This document shows positions 1 to 9,660 of a stretch of DNA of 64,000 nucleotides, one piece after another. Under the pieces are notes generated by a model. It was not told the origin of the DNA and ran no database searches. It saw only the letters and a program-made list of their open reading frames with translations. The translations under genes were made by a program, and so were the position numbers. Source of the DNA: an uncultured virus (IMG/VR IMGVR_UViG_3300032309_003726) (Duplodnaviria; Heunggongvirae; Uroviricota; Caudoviricetes); the IMG/VR virus record IMGVR_UViG_3300032309_003726. One strand, written 5' to 3'. The first letter of the stretch is position 1. Each line of letters begins with the position of its first letter.

Positions 1-289
1 TGCTACTAACATATGAGATCAATTCATATCCCTTTTGTTTAATTTCATTGCTTTTTTTTGACCTAAGTTGATTGTCATATATTGAAGCAAAAAATTTAAA
101 TTCATTATTTGAAAATTGTTTATCTACTTCCTCAAAAGGAACAACAGGCAGACCTTCGAAATTAGTTTCTTTTAAAAAATCACCATCAACACAAAAAGCC
201 ACCGGCTCGTAATGGGAATCATTTTTTAAATAAAAACTGGCCAGTGCGGATGTATCCTCTGTGCCGAATATTAGGACTTGTTGAGCCAT
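1..289 (-). CDS. NeuD/PglD-type sugar O-acetyltransferase, partial (runs off window start)
   Basis: Manual translation from ATG at 289: MAQQVLIFGTEDTSALASFYLKNDSHYEPVAFCVD...FEGLPVVPFEEV...KGYELISYVSS; overlaps the wbqC-like stop. Confidence 0.75.
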   Translation of the reverse strand, partial: MAQQVLIFGTEDTSALASFYLKNDSHYEPVAFCVDGDFLKETNFEGLPVVPFEEVDKQFSNNEFKFFASIYDNQLRSKKSNEIKQKGYELISYVSS

Positions 290-909
290 AATTTGGTTTC
301 TTCTTCTTGTGTTAATATCAAATCTATTATAGAAAGTTTATTGCTAAATTTAGTAGGCTCTAAAAATTCTAAAAACACTCCTTCTTTTTCAAAATCTTCT
401 CTATTGTAAAGATCGATTCCGCCACAAGCATTAACATAATGATTACAATTGAAATACTTGCAAATCTCAATTAATTTTTTAAAACCTGACTCTTTTGATA
501 TATTTTCTGAATGTTTAAAGATGGTGTTCAATCCCAAGTAGCGAGATGTCCAAATTGTTGAATCACAAAGAATGTCTTTTAATTTTTCGTGGCCCGAAAG
601 AGATAAAAAATAATTTAAAAATATTTTATTCTTAATTCCATAAGTGCAAATTATCTTCTTGTGTATATGAGCATTCCAATCTGAGCAGGCGGTGGTTATT
701 TCGCTAATATTAGTTTTTTGTTTGTGGCTCTTTACCGGTATGACTATATTTTCGTTTTCTTTATGCGAAGACCTTATTCTATTTCTGTTGATCCATCCTC
801 TTTTTGTAAATTGAACATCATTTAAAAAAACAAAAATATCGACATGTTTGATTAATTCAAAATAACCTATATAGGGGAAAAAATAAGGTTGCATTATTGC
901 AATTTTCAT
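271..909 (-). CDS. WbqC-like family protein
   Basis: N-terminal MKIAIMQPYFFPYIGYF..D.FVFLNDVQF..RGWINRN signature. Confidence 0.9.
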   Translation of the reverse strand: MKIAIMQPYFFPYIGYFELIKHVDIFVFLNDVQFTKRGWINRNRIRSSHKENENIVIPVKSHKQKTNISEITTACSDWNAHIHKKIICTYGIKNKIFLNYFLSLSGHEKLKDILCDSTIWTSRYLGLNTIFKHSENISKESGFKKLIEICKYFNCNHYVNACGGIDLYNREDFEKEGVFLEFLEPTKFSNKLSIIDLILTQEEETKLWLNKS

Positions 910-913
910 TTTA

Positions 914-1267
914 TTAGAATCCTTCCTGTGGCCAAATCAATTTTTTTTTGCCAAATTTAAGTTCATCTAAAAAATCTAAAAAATCTAAAAAATTACTTTT
1001 TTTAATAAAAAAACATTTATTTTGAGAAATCAAAAAATCTTCTGCGGAATTCAAACCGATCCATAACAAAACAGGGTCCGTGTCTGTGCAATAGAAACTA
1101 AAAACTTTATTTTTTGATACTGTACTCAATAATTGATCTTTATTAATTGAAATAAATTTTTTATTCCAAGTTTTCTGCCAATCACGCATCTTGCTTTCTA
1201 TTAAATAAATAATTTCAAAACCAAATATAGTGTTTTGTTTTCTTATTATATCTTGTAAATTTAACAT
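914..1267 (-). CDS. hypothetical protein (C-terminal WxxEGF)
   Basis: 117-aa ORF in operon with the wbqC-like gene. Confidence 0.6.
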   Translation of the reverse strand: MLNLQDIIRKQNTIFGFEIIYLIESKMRDWQKTWNKKFISINKDQLLSTVSKNKVFSFYCTDTDPVLLWIGLNSAEDFLISQNKCFFIKKSNFLDFLDFLDELKFGKKKLIWPQEGF

Positions 1268-1302
1268 AAAATTTTATTTATTTTAAAGTACATATTTATA
1301 AT

Positions 1303-2085
1303 ATGAACATTTCTTTTATAATCCCATTCCACACAGCAAGATTTGATAATCTTTTGCAAACACTGAGATTTTTAACAAAAAATCACAATGAAACCATTAA
1401 AGGTTCTGAGTTGGTGACTGTGTGTCAAGACTCAATAGAGTTTTTAGCAAACAATCAAACAAAAGAACTATCCGATCTGTCGAATGAATTTAAAGTCAAT
1501 AAACATTTCAACATGGAAGAAAGTGAGATGATTCTTGCCAAAATGATAAACGTAGGGGTGAGAAATTGTTCTTTAAACAAAGTTATAGTTCTAGAAAGTG
1601 ATAGAATTCTTCCAAAAGATTATTTTAAAAATGTAGAAAATGAAATAAAACCAAAAACTTGTATCACTTGTAAGTGTATGAAAAAACTAACCAAAAATGC
1701 GAACGATGAAGAAATAACAAATGAATCTTTTGAATATAAAGATGAGTATAGAAGTGAAGAAAACCATATTGGATTAAGAAACATGTGGTCGGGCAACACG
1801 GCCTTTTGGCGTGATGATTTTTTTGAAGCCGACATGATGGATGAGGGTTATGTGGGGTATGGCTGGGCGGATAGCGACATGACCAACAAAATGAAAGAAA
1901 TAGGAGTAAAGTCAATTTTTCAAGATGAAATCGAATTGCACCTATGGCACCCATCGCAAACATACGGCAAAACAAATCAAAAACGCTTATTTATAAATAA
2001 TGGAATCAGGTATTGTAGGAAATGGGGTATTGAATATCCTGATTGGTTTAAAGAAGAAATAGAAAATCATAGAAAGTTAATGTGA
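1303..2085 (+). CDS. glycosyltransferase family 2 / galactosyltransferase-like
   Basis: ISFIIP start, ESD (DxD-like), MDEGYVGYGWADSD, HLWHP. Confidence 0.8.
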   Translation: MNISFIIPFHTARFDNLLQTLRFLTKNHNETIKGSELVTVCQDSIEFLANNQTKELSDLSNEFKVNKHFNMEESEMILAKMINVGVRNCSLNKVIVLESDRILPKDYFKNVENEIKPKTCITCKCMKKLTKNANDEEITNESFEYKDEYRSEENHIGLRNMWSGNTAFWRDDFFEADMMDEGYVGYGWADSDMTNKMKEIGVKSIFQDEIELHLWHPSQTYGKTNQKRLFINNGIRYCRKWGIEYPDWFKEEIENHRKLM

Positions 2086-3023
2086 AAACAATAGCAATTT
2101 ACCATTGTTGGTCACTAGATCACGAACCTGATCCTTATAAAAATTTAAGAACCAGTGTGGTTCCTTCGATAGCCACATTACGGAGCGTTTCTGATGTTGA
2201 TATTGTGGTTTTAGATTGCAGCCCCGAGCGGACTCATCAATGGGGTTATTTGCAAGAAAAATTAAATTTTCAAGTAGTTAAAACCAATTTTTATTTGGAA
2301 CAATATTCAAATTCTGTAAAAGGTTACAAACACCTGTCAAGAATTTTTGATATCCACAATTGGTGTGAAAACCAAAACTATGTAGGCGATATGATTTATG
2401 TCGATTCGGATGTGTTCTTTTTCAAAAGCCCGCTGCCATTAGAAAAAACCAGGGATCGTTTTTGCTACGATGGCTGGAACACAGGTTATTTTTATTTCAA
2501 TCCAAATGAAGAAAAATACCAACAATTCTTTGATTTGTTTAAAAAATATACAATTGATGCCATACAATCAAAAGAAACCAGACAGTCCATGAAAAAATAT
2601 ATTGGATACGATGATTGGTATGAAGTTTGGGATGAAATGGTTTTAGGATACATGAAGAATAAACATCCTGATCTTTTTAATTTAATTTGCCCAGAAGAAC
2701 ACACCACGAGTCGAAATATATGTCAAGCAAAAACTGACAGGGTAAAAGTCTTTCACGGAAATGGATCTTATGTGCCTAGCCCAACTTGCGAAGAAACTCA
2801 CTCAAGAGGCTTGTTGTGTCTGGTGGTGCAGGAATTCTATGAAAACATTACAAAAATATTGAGCAAACAAGATCTCGTTGCTATTTTTGGTGAAAAAAAT
2901 CTATCTTATTTTGAAAATAAAAGATTTAGTTTATTAGATAATGTTGATTATCTTGAGTGGATAAAAAATGAAAAAGGTCATTATGAATTAATGAAATTCA
3001 CAAATGGCTTACACGTTATTTGA
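2082..3023 (+). CDS. putative GT-A fold nucleotide-diphospho-sugar transferase
   Basis: YVDSDVFF DxD motif, WNTGYF, DE and FHGNG motifs. Confidence 0.6.
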   Translation: MKTIAIYHCWSLDHEPDPYKNLRTSVVPSIATLRSVSDVDIVVLDCSPERTHQWGYLQEKLNFQVVKTNFYLEQYSNSVKGYKHLSRIFDIHNWCENQNYVGDMIYVDSDVFFFKSPLPLEKTRDRFCYDGWNTGYFYFNPNEEKYQQFFDLFKKYTIDAIQSKETRQSMKKYIGYDDWYEVWDEMVLGYMKNKHPDLFNLICPEEHTTSRNICQAKTDRVKVFHGNGSYVPSPTCEETHSRGLLCLVVQEFYENITKILSKQDLVAIFGEKNLSYFENKRFSLLDNVDYLEWIKNEKGHYELMKFTNGLHVI

Positions 3024-3399
3024 GAAATTTTAATTTATAAAGAGTTTGATAAGTTAAACTCAATATTTCATCTAAAATGTTGTGTAAATGAGTATCTTTT
3101 TTATCAAACAAATCACGAGAATTCATGGCCTCTTCGGCAAAATCATTCAAAAGAGAAACTGCGTTCTTTTCTTTTGAAGAAGATACGTCAACTTCAACCA
3201 AGCCATATTGACCCTGATATGTTTCAATTAGTTGGTCTATAAGATCGGTTAGTTGCTCATAAAATGAGCCTAAAGCCTTATGTTCAGCGTAACTTTTGGA
3301 AGATAAGTGCAAAATATGAGCATTTTGCCTTACAGCGAATGACTTCCCAAAAAAAGAACCAAGGTTATTTACTGATTTATATTCGTTAAAACTTTTCAT
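3016..3399 (-). CDS. ferritin/Dps-like phage protein (DUF5856-like) with capsid-targeting-like N-terminus
   Basis: AHILHL..SYAEHKALGSFYEQL.DLID.LIETYQG...NILDEI...YKLKFLK; starts MKSFNEY. Confidence 0.75.
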   Translation of the reverse strand: MKSFNEYKSVNNLGSFFGKSFAVRQNAHILHLSSKSYAEHKALGSFYEQLTDLIDQLIETYQGQYGLVEVDVSSSKEKNAVSLLNDFAEEAMNSRDLFDKKDTHLHNILDEILSLTYQTLYKLKFLK

Positions 3400-3447
3400 T
3401 TGGATTATATATAAAGTGAAATACTAAAATATTTGAGGAGATGAGAA

Positions 3448-5346
3448 ATGTTATCTTTTTTTGAAATGTTGGGATTGTTAGAAGCTAAAAAATCAACTGT
3501 TGAAAAACCAAGCGTAAAACCAAACGCTACAGTTGAGCCAGCCGTTGAGCCAAAACCCCAATATTCAAAAGAAAATCCTCATCCTAACGCTGGGAAAATA
3601 ACAGTTATGGATAGTGGTCAAGTAATTGATACCCCAACAGGAAGAATTTGGAAAGACTACAAAGACATGACCCCAGAAGATTTAGCAAAGATAGGAAGAT
3701 CATCAAAACCAGAACCAAAAAGAGAAGTGGACCCTCTAGTTCAATCACAAGTTGATCAACGTAGTGAAAAAGAACTAGAAAAACAAAGAGAAAAAAAAGA
3801 AGCAGCGAGGGCTGCATTTCAAAAAACTACGAGTTTGCGAGATTATCAAAATGCATGGAGTATTTTTTCACGCTTAGTTTTAGAGGCCAGAAAAAAAACA
3901 AAAAGTGTAAAAAAAATTGCTATCATTCTAAGAAGAAAACTATTAATTGATCCAGATACGCTTCAAGAAACGACTGCCGCAGCATTGAAAAAGAAAAAAA
4001 TAGAAGGAATTGAAATAGATGATATTTTTTCATATTTAAATGATAAGGCAATGAAATCTGACCCAAGCGGTGTTTATTCAAGTGTAGAAGAAGCAATAAA
4101 CGATGTACTTCCACCTGAAAGTGGAGAAGAACCAGGAAGTGGAGAAGAACAAGGAAGCGATAGTGCCAACCCAATAGAATTAGATAAAGACGCAATCGCA
4201 CAAAACACACCAAAAGGCCCAGATCCCAACGTGGCAATTGCTAAATCTAGAAGCAAACCACTTTCTCAAAGTGAATCCAGAAGGATAGCTGAGAATTTAG
4301 AATTTTATAATGGAGCCTTAAGAGGCACAGCATACAGTTTTTATACTCGTCTTGCCATAGAAGAATTAGATATGCCTTATGTGATGCCGCCAGTTAAAAC
4401 ATTATACTTTGTTAACAACAAAGAAGTAGATTTGCAAACATATAATAACGCAGAAGGTCCGAAGGAAGCAATCAAAACTGGGGAGTTTGAAGTATCGCTA
4501 GAGGGATCAAGAGGCGAAGCAGCAAAAGAAAAAACAAGCAAAGTTCAAGAGCTTGTTATGGCTGCTGTAGACTTCCAAAAAGTTTTCAGGTATGTTCTTA
4601 GCTTATTGAGAATATCAAGAGAAGGAGAAGAACCAGAGTACAACATCACTTACAGACAGGCTCTTGCTGCACCTTCAGAATCCAATCCTGACATAATTCC
4701 TGTGATTGTTCGTGCCTTAAAGTTTGAAAAGCAATTAGAAAGAGTCCAGGGATTTAAAGGAACAATCGAAGCACTGGCAGAAAAACTAACAAGTTTAGTA
4801 GACGGTGGATTAAGGGGTGGCCTTGAAGAAAAATTAGTAGACGAATCTGATTTAGCGGCGGTTTCGTATATGATTAAAGTTTCAAGAACACGCAAAAAAG
4901 CAGAGGAGCAGCCAATGGGTGCTAGACCTCGTGGTCAGCAACCAATGAGAAACCCAACAAGAAAAAGAAGCAGTTTTGAGTTGGGAGATCCCAACAGAAG
5001 CAGATCTTCTGGCATTGGTAAAGAAGATGGACCAGAAATGGTTCAAGCCTATCAAAGACCATTCAACTTTTTTAAAGTTGAAAAAGGTGCCGATATAACA
5101 GATCCAAAGACAAGAGTCTATGTCAAAACCAAAGACGAACTGGCCGAAGTGGACAGAAGCGATGATGGAACACCCACCGGAAGCATGTATGGAAGCAAGT
5201 TAAGCACCCAAATGGCCAGACTCAAAGCAGCACAAAAAAGACGAGAAGAAGATCGTCCTTTGTTTGGTAATCCTGGGGATTACCCAAGAGAGTCAGTTGA
5301 TTGGGAGGATGTTTTGGGATTGTTGGACTACTGGGACAACAAGTAA
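3448..5346 (+). CDS. large charged hypothetical protein, possible internal virion protein
   Basis: 632-aa ORF with GAGGAG RBS; starts MLSFFEMLGLLE. Confidence 0.7.
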   Translation: MLSFFEMLGLLEAKKSTVEKPSVKPNATVEPAVEPKPQYSKENPHPNAGKITVMDSGQVIDTPTGRIWKDYKDMTPEDLAKIGRSSKPEPKREVDPLVQSQVDQRSEKELEKQREKKEAARAAFQKTTSLRDYQNAWSIFSRLVLEARKKTKSVKKIAIILRRKLLIDPDTLQETTAAALKKKKIEGIEIDDIFSYLNDKAMKSDPSGVYSSVEEAINDVLPPESGEEPGSGEEQGSDSANPIELDKDAIAQNTPKGPDPNVAIAKSRSKPLSQSESRRIAENLEFYNGALRGTAYSFYTRLAIEELDMPYVMPPVKTLYFVNNKEVDLQTYNNAEGPKEAIKTGEFEVSLEGSRGEAAKEKTSKVQELVMAAVDFQKVFRYVLSLLRISREGEEPEYNITYRQALAAPSESNPDIIPVIVRALKFEKQLERVQGFKGTIEALAEKLTSLVDGGLRGGLEEKLVDESDLAAVSYMIKVSRTRKKAEEQPMGARPRGQQPMRNPTRKRSSFELGDPNRSRSSGIGKEDGPEMVQAYQRPFNFFKVEKGADITDPKTRVYVKTKDELAEVDRSDDGTPTGSMYGSKLSTQMARLKAAQKRREEDRPLFGNPGDYPRESVDWEDVLGLLDYWDNK

Positions 5347-5347
5347 T

Positions 5348-5494
5348 TCACTTAGAAGCCAGCATATACAAACCTATATTTGAAAAACTATATCCACTAT
5401 ATGCTATAAACATAGCGGTATTCCCTTTGTATAATTGCTCTAAGGCAACATAGGCATAAATTAAACCGGTTACAAGAATAAGCCAAGCACTCAT
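5348..5494 (-). CDS. small membrane protein (48 aa, not in ORF track)
   Basis: MSAWLILVTGLIYAYVALEQLYKGNTAMFIAYSGYSFSNIGLYMLASK; GGAG RBS upstream. Confidence 0.7.
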   Translation of the reverse strand: MSAWLILVTGLIYAYVALEQLYKGNTAMFIAYSGYSFSNIGLYMLASK

Positions 5495-5503
5495 ACTTTT
5501 CTC

Positions 5504-6130
5504 CTAATCAATGTTTTTGTTTTCTAATTCAACAAGCCAATAAGCCTGACCTAGGAAGGCTTGCCAAGATTTTACAGGCTTGCAATCACTAAATCTAAAC
5601 GAGTGTCCCTCTGGCTTTTTTGGATGCTTTAAAAGTTTCATACCGGCTTGGTCTGGCGTTCTGTCTGCCTTCCTTCTATTGCAAGAAACACAAGCAATAA
5701 CACAATTTTCCCAAGTTGTTTCGCCACCATGAGATCTAGGAACAACGTGTTCTATAGTTAACTCCTCTGTTCCTGGTTTGCAGCCACAATATTGACATTG
5801 GTTCGAATCTCTTTTGTATAAATTTCTTCTAGAAAAATTAAGTTTTGGTTTAGGTAATTTTTCATATCGGCTCAACAATATAATTTCTGGAATTTTAAAA
5901 CTGTATGAACTGGCGTAAATTCTGTCTTCATCTTCATTAGGCTCTAATCGACTCCAATCTGCCCAAGTGAAAGTTTGGTAAGTTTCAGGTTCTATTATTG
6001 TTGCCTTAGGAGTGCCATCAGAATACGTGTTAAACACTTTGCAAATAGCATCGTCTAATCCGATTGCGGCAACAGGTCTCCAATTTTTATTTAATACTAG
6101 ACATTTTCTTTGTTGTAATGTTAAAGTCAA
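5504..6130 (-). CDS. HNH endonuclease (McrA-like, planctomycete style)
   Basis: LVLNKNW..FSRRNLYKRD..CQYCG..LTIEHVVPRSHGG.TTWENCVIAC..CN.RKADRTP. Confidence 0.9.
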   Translation of the reverse strand: MTLTLQQRKCLVLNKNWRPVAAIGLDDAICKVFNTYSDGTPKATIIEPETYQTFTWADWSRLEPNEDEDRIYASSYSFKIPEIILLSRYEKLPKPKLNFSRRNLYKRDSNQCQYCGCKPGTEELTIEHVVPRSHGGETTWENCVIACVSCNRRKADRTPDQAGMKLLKHPKKPEGHSFRFSDCKPVKSWQAFLGQAYWLVELENKNID

Positions 6131-6142
6131 AATATACTCCCT

Positions 6143-6322
6143 TTAAAAGCCTTCTTTTTCCCAATTTGTGTTTTTGTTCGATTCTTTAGTTTTTATTGGA
6201 TAATCATTTGAAATGTAGTGATTAATATTGTTTAAAACACTGTGAGAATTATTTTGTGTTAAAAACACATAACACTCAACAAAATATAAAAATAAAACTA
6301 CTGAAAATACTAAAAATAACAT
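6143..6322 (-). CDS. small membrane-anchored protein (59 aa, not in ORF track), ends WEKEGF
   Basis: Manual translation MLFLVFSVVLFLYFVECYVF...NTNWEKEGF; fills the gap between neighbouring genes. Confidence 0.55.
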   Translation of the reverse strand: MLFLVFSVVLFLYFVECYVFLTQNNSHSVLNNINHYISNDYPIKTKESNKNTNWEKEGF

Positions 6323-6325
6323 ATC

Positions 6326-6610
6326 TCAAGTAACGGGTAAAACATCAACATCGCCCAAATTGTTGGCAACCTCGGTAATTATAACCTTTTTATACCTTAT
6401 TATCAAAGTATCTGTCGGGTCTACGGTTTTATTAAAAGAAACCTCTGTACCGTTGGACTTTCGAACAATTATTTCAAAAACTTGGTTATTAGCGACATTG
6501 CCGCCCTCGATCAAAACATGAGGATCGTTCATCATGTCAACAATGTCAGGATGGGGCAGTCTGAGGTCATAAGTAGAGACCAAATTGTCATTTTTTACTT
6601 TTATAGCCAT
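6326..6610 (-). CDS. hypothetical protein
   Basis: 94-aa ORF with GGAG RBS. Confidence 0.6.
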   Translation of the reverse strand: MAIKVKNDNLVSTYDLRLPHPDIVDMMNDPHVLIEGGNVANNQVFEIIVRKSNGTEVSFNKTVDPTDTLIIRYKKVIITEVANNLGDVDVLPVT

Positions 6611-6675
6611 AAGTTCTCCAATTTAAAATCAAAAATATGTATGAATATTAGTAGGGTTAATTTTGAAACTAAAAA

Positions 6676-6682
6676 CTAAATA
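6676..6682 (+). promoter_or_regulatory. T4-late-like promoter box CTAAATA, 5 nt before ATG
   Basis: Same box 5-6 nt before ATG at 39156 and 57988; resembles T4 TATAAATA. Confidence 0.5.
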
Positions 6683-6687
6683 TTAAT

Positions 6688-8850
6688 ATGAAAAGTTTCA
6701 ATGAATGGCTTGTTGAATCCTCGCTGAGACAACAATTAAAAGTACCGCAGAACCCTAAGCATCACCCTGAAGGGGGTGTGGATCGCCACACAATGATGGT
6801 GCGTTCGGCATTAGAGCCAGCTATAAAAATTTTACAAGAAAAACAAAAAGACGATCCAAATGGTCCATTGTCTAATCTCGATTTAAGTTTTACTTCAGAA
6901 GATGTGAATGTATTGCGTCTTGCTGGTTTGCTGCACGATATAGGTAAAGGCGACACACTAGACCCAAAAACGTTAAGTGCTCACGGTCATGAAGATCCAG
7001 AGAACTTTGAGAAGGCCATGCAAAGACTAGGGCCAGCGTGGCATAACATGTATGGCCAAGCCAACTCAATGGATAAAGAAGATTTATGGTGGGTTATAAA
7101 ATACCACATGAGCCTCAAGGATGAACAAGGTTTTCAAAACAAATCGCTTAAAAAAGAATTATTAGATGATCAAGGAAAATATAAATCAGATCGTAAAATT
7201 AAATTGTTATTGGTATTTTTATTGATGGATCGAATGGGTCGTGGTGGGGAAAGCGGAATACCTTGGCAAAAAGCAAAACAATTTGCCCAAAGCAACGCAT
7301 CAGCAGCAGAAAGGGGACTAGGCGGCATAGACACCACCGCACATGTGTATAAAAAAGATCTTGATAAAATATCTGCTCGTGCAAGCAAACCCATGTCCAA
7401 TGACCCTGTTGACTTTGTTGCAAGCATGCGTGAAAAAGGTAAGCCTAATGAAATAATTAAATCAGCTTTAAAAGGCAGATTTCCAAATTTAAACGATGAA
7501 GATATTAAAACTCTACTGGGCGAATCGAGAATGAGATTCAAAACATTTATAGAAGCAACCGAACACGAAATAAGGGCAAGGCTACCTTTAGAAAAAGATG
7601 TTTTTACTTTGGCAAAAATTTTTAAAGAAAACGGACACCAGATATATGTAATCGGTGGATCTCCAAGAGACTTTTTAAGACACTACTTTACAAAACCTGA
7701 TGAGCCTTTTGATGCAAGCAAAACAAAAGATATAGATTTAACAACAGATGCGACTCCAGATCAAGTGGAGGATATGTTAAACCGAGCCGGAATTAAAAAT
7801 TTTGACAAAGGTAAATCTTTTGGAGTGATGGTTGCAAACATAAATGGGGAAGATTACGAGATAGCAACTTTTCGTGAAGACTTGGGTTATAGTGATGGTC
7901 GTCGTCCTGATAAAGTTCGGTGGGCAGACATGCACACAGACTACAGGCGTCGAGATTTGACCATGAATGCTATTTATTATCAAATTCCATCATCGCCCAA
8001 TGAAGAAGGTGTTTTTGTTGATCCAAGCGGTGGTCAAGGATTTGAAGATATCAAAAATTGGCAAGTTCGAATGATTGGCGATCCTTTTGAAAGAATAGGA
8101 GAAGACAAACTTAGAATTGCCCGAATACCTCGTTTTCACTCTTATTATAACAACGATGACATAAGGGGCGTTTTAGACAAACCAACACTAGATGCCATAG
8201 AAAAATTCAAAGATATGAGAAATAATGGCGTTACAGGTCCACGCATCCAAGCAGAGTTTTGGAGCGGACTCAAAAAATCCGCTAATACAGTTTCATATTT
8301 AAAAAACTATGAATCGTTAGGTTTACTATCGACTGTATTCCCTGGAATGGAACTAGACATGGAATCGGTTGATCGTTTGAATCACGAAGAAATTCACCAA
8401 ACAAAAACAAATGGATTCGATCACGCTGTTTTGGTTCTCGCCTTGTTGTTGAGAAAAAACGGATCTCCAGATAAAATTCGCTCGGAATTAAATAAACTAG
8501 AGTGGCCAAATGAAGTAAGTGATGGCGTGGCATTTGTTTTAAAATCTTGGGAAGCAGCAAAAAACCCCTCGCCTGAATCGATGAGTAGGGTTGCTCAGGA
8601 AATATCTAAAAAACCAAATAGAATTAATTTATTGTCACGCTCTCGTCATGTAACGCACGATGATGTCGATAAGGATCATCTGCATCATTTAGGGCAATAC
8701 GAAATGCCAAAATATAGTGGTGAAGAAATACAAAAAGAATTAGGATTATCAAAACCAGGGCCAGAGGTTGGCAAAGAAATTGCCAAACGTATAGCCGACC
8801 ATTACTCGGATAGTTTTTTCAAATGGAAAAATCGACCACCAATGGCTTGA
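6688..8850 (+). CDS. cca: HD domain + class II tRNA nucleotidyltransferase (CCA-adding enzyme / polyA polymerase family) fusion
   Basis: HHPEG..HT and LLHDIGK (HD); then GGSPRD, DIDLTT, EIATFRED, DGRRPD, RRDLTMNA, EDKLR. Confidence 0.88.
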   Translation: MKSFNEWLVESSLRQQLKVPQNPKHHPEGGVDRHTMMVRSALEPAIKILQEKQKDDPNGPLSNLDLSFTSEDVNVLRLAGLLHDIGKGDTLDPKTLSAHGHEDPENFEKAMQRLGPAWHNMYGQANSMDKEDLWWVIKYHMSLKDEQGFQNKSLKKELLDDQGKYKSDRKIKLLLVFLLMDRMGRGGESGIPWQKAKQFAQSNASAAERGLGGIDTTAHVYKKDLDKISARASKPMSNDPVDFVASMREKGKPNEIIKSALKGRFPNLNDEDIKTLLGESRMRFKTFIEATEHEIRARLPLEKDVFTLAKIFKENGHQIYVIGGSPRDFLRHYFTKPDEPFDASKTKDIDLTTDATPDQVEDMLNRAGIKNFDKGKSFGVMVANINGEDYEIATFREDLGYSDGRRPDKVRWADMHTDYRRRDLTMNAIYYQIPSSPNEEGVFVDPSGGQGFEDIKNWQVRMIGDPFERIGEDKLRIARIPRFHSYYNNDDIRGVLDKPTLDAIEKFKDMRNNGVTGPRIQAEFWSGLKKSANTVSYLKNYESLGLLSTVFPGMELDMESVDRLNHEEIHQTKTNGFDHAVLVLALLLRKNGSPDKIRSELNKLEWPNEVSDGVAFVLKSWEAAKNPSPESMSRVAQEISKKPNRINLLSRSRHVTHDDVDKDHLHHLGQYEMPKYSGEEIQKELGLSKPGPEVGKEIAKRIADHYSDSFFKWKNRPPMA

Positions 8851-9542
8851 ATATAGAAGAACAATATTGGTTAAAAAAAACTAAAGTTCCAAATATTCTT
8901 CAAGAAGCAATCAAAAAACACCAAAATAAAAAATTAATTGCGATTGACTTAGGTTGTGCTGGTGGTAGGCTAACAAAATACATAGAACCGTTATTTAAAA
9001 AAGTTTATGGAATAGATTTGTGTAAAAGTTTAATTGAAAAAGCTTCTGCATCGAATACTTCGATTGATTTTGTGTGTGGGGATTTTGGTGATCCAGATCT
9101 GTGGGGGAGGATAAGTAAATCGTTCGATGTGATAGTGAGCGATTGTGCTATTAGAAAAGATTATGTTGATTTAAATTGTGTGGCTGATATTTTCACCAAT
9201 AGGCTAAGCCCAAATGGGTCAGCAATATTACGAATTCAAGAAAAAAGTGATTTAAGTAATTTATTAGATTTAAAAACTAGAGAAAAAATATTTTTTTCTA
9301 AACAAGAAATATTGAAATATTTTTCAAAATTTGAAGTAGAAATAAAAGAAGAAAATTATAAACAAAAATTTTCTAACACAAAATACATTGAAGAATATCT
9401 CAAAAAAATTAATATAAAAAAAGAAAATAAAAACTATCAATTAAAAGCAAATAGAAGTTATATTTTGGTTATTGCAAAAAAAATTGAGGCATCCTTGCCT
9501 CTTTTGCATCATGCAAAACCATCCATGAAATCCCCATCCTAG
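8823..9542 (+). CDS. class I SAM-dependent methyltransferase
   Basis: AIDLGCAGG motif I, VYGIDL, FDVIVS. Confidence 0.8.
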   Translation: MEKSTTNGLNIEEQYWLKKTKVPNILQEAIKKHQNKKLIAIDLGCAGGRLTKYIEPLFKKVYGIDLCKSLIEKASASNTSIDFVCGDFGDPDLWGRISKSFDVIVSDCAIRKDYVDLNCVADIFTNRLSPNGSAILRIQEKSDLSNLLDLKTREKIFFSKQEILKYFSKFEVEIKEENYKQKFSNTKYIEEYLKKINIKKENKNYQLKANRSYILVIAKKIEASLPLLHHAKPSMKSPS

Positions 9543-9550
9543 GGAAGCTA
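9476..9550 (-). ncRNA. putative CsrA/RsmA-binding small RNA (CsrB/RsmY-like)
   Basis: Minus strand: UCCCUAGGAUGGGGA, UCAUGGAUGG, UUUUGCAUGAUGCAAAA, GAGGCAAGGAUGCCUC then U-run; TAAAAT -10 box at 9556-9561. Confidence 0.6.
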
Positions 9551-9660
9551 TGAAAATTTTACACAAAGATAAATCTTGTATATGATTATCTTTTTATACA
9601 AGATATTTATGATAAATAATCGCAGAGATTATTCAATCGTGTATCGATTCAAAAATTAAT

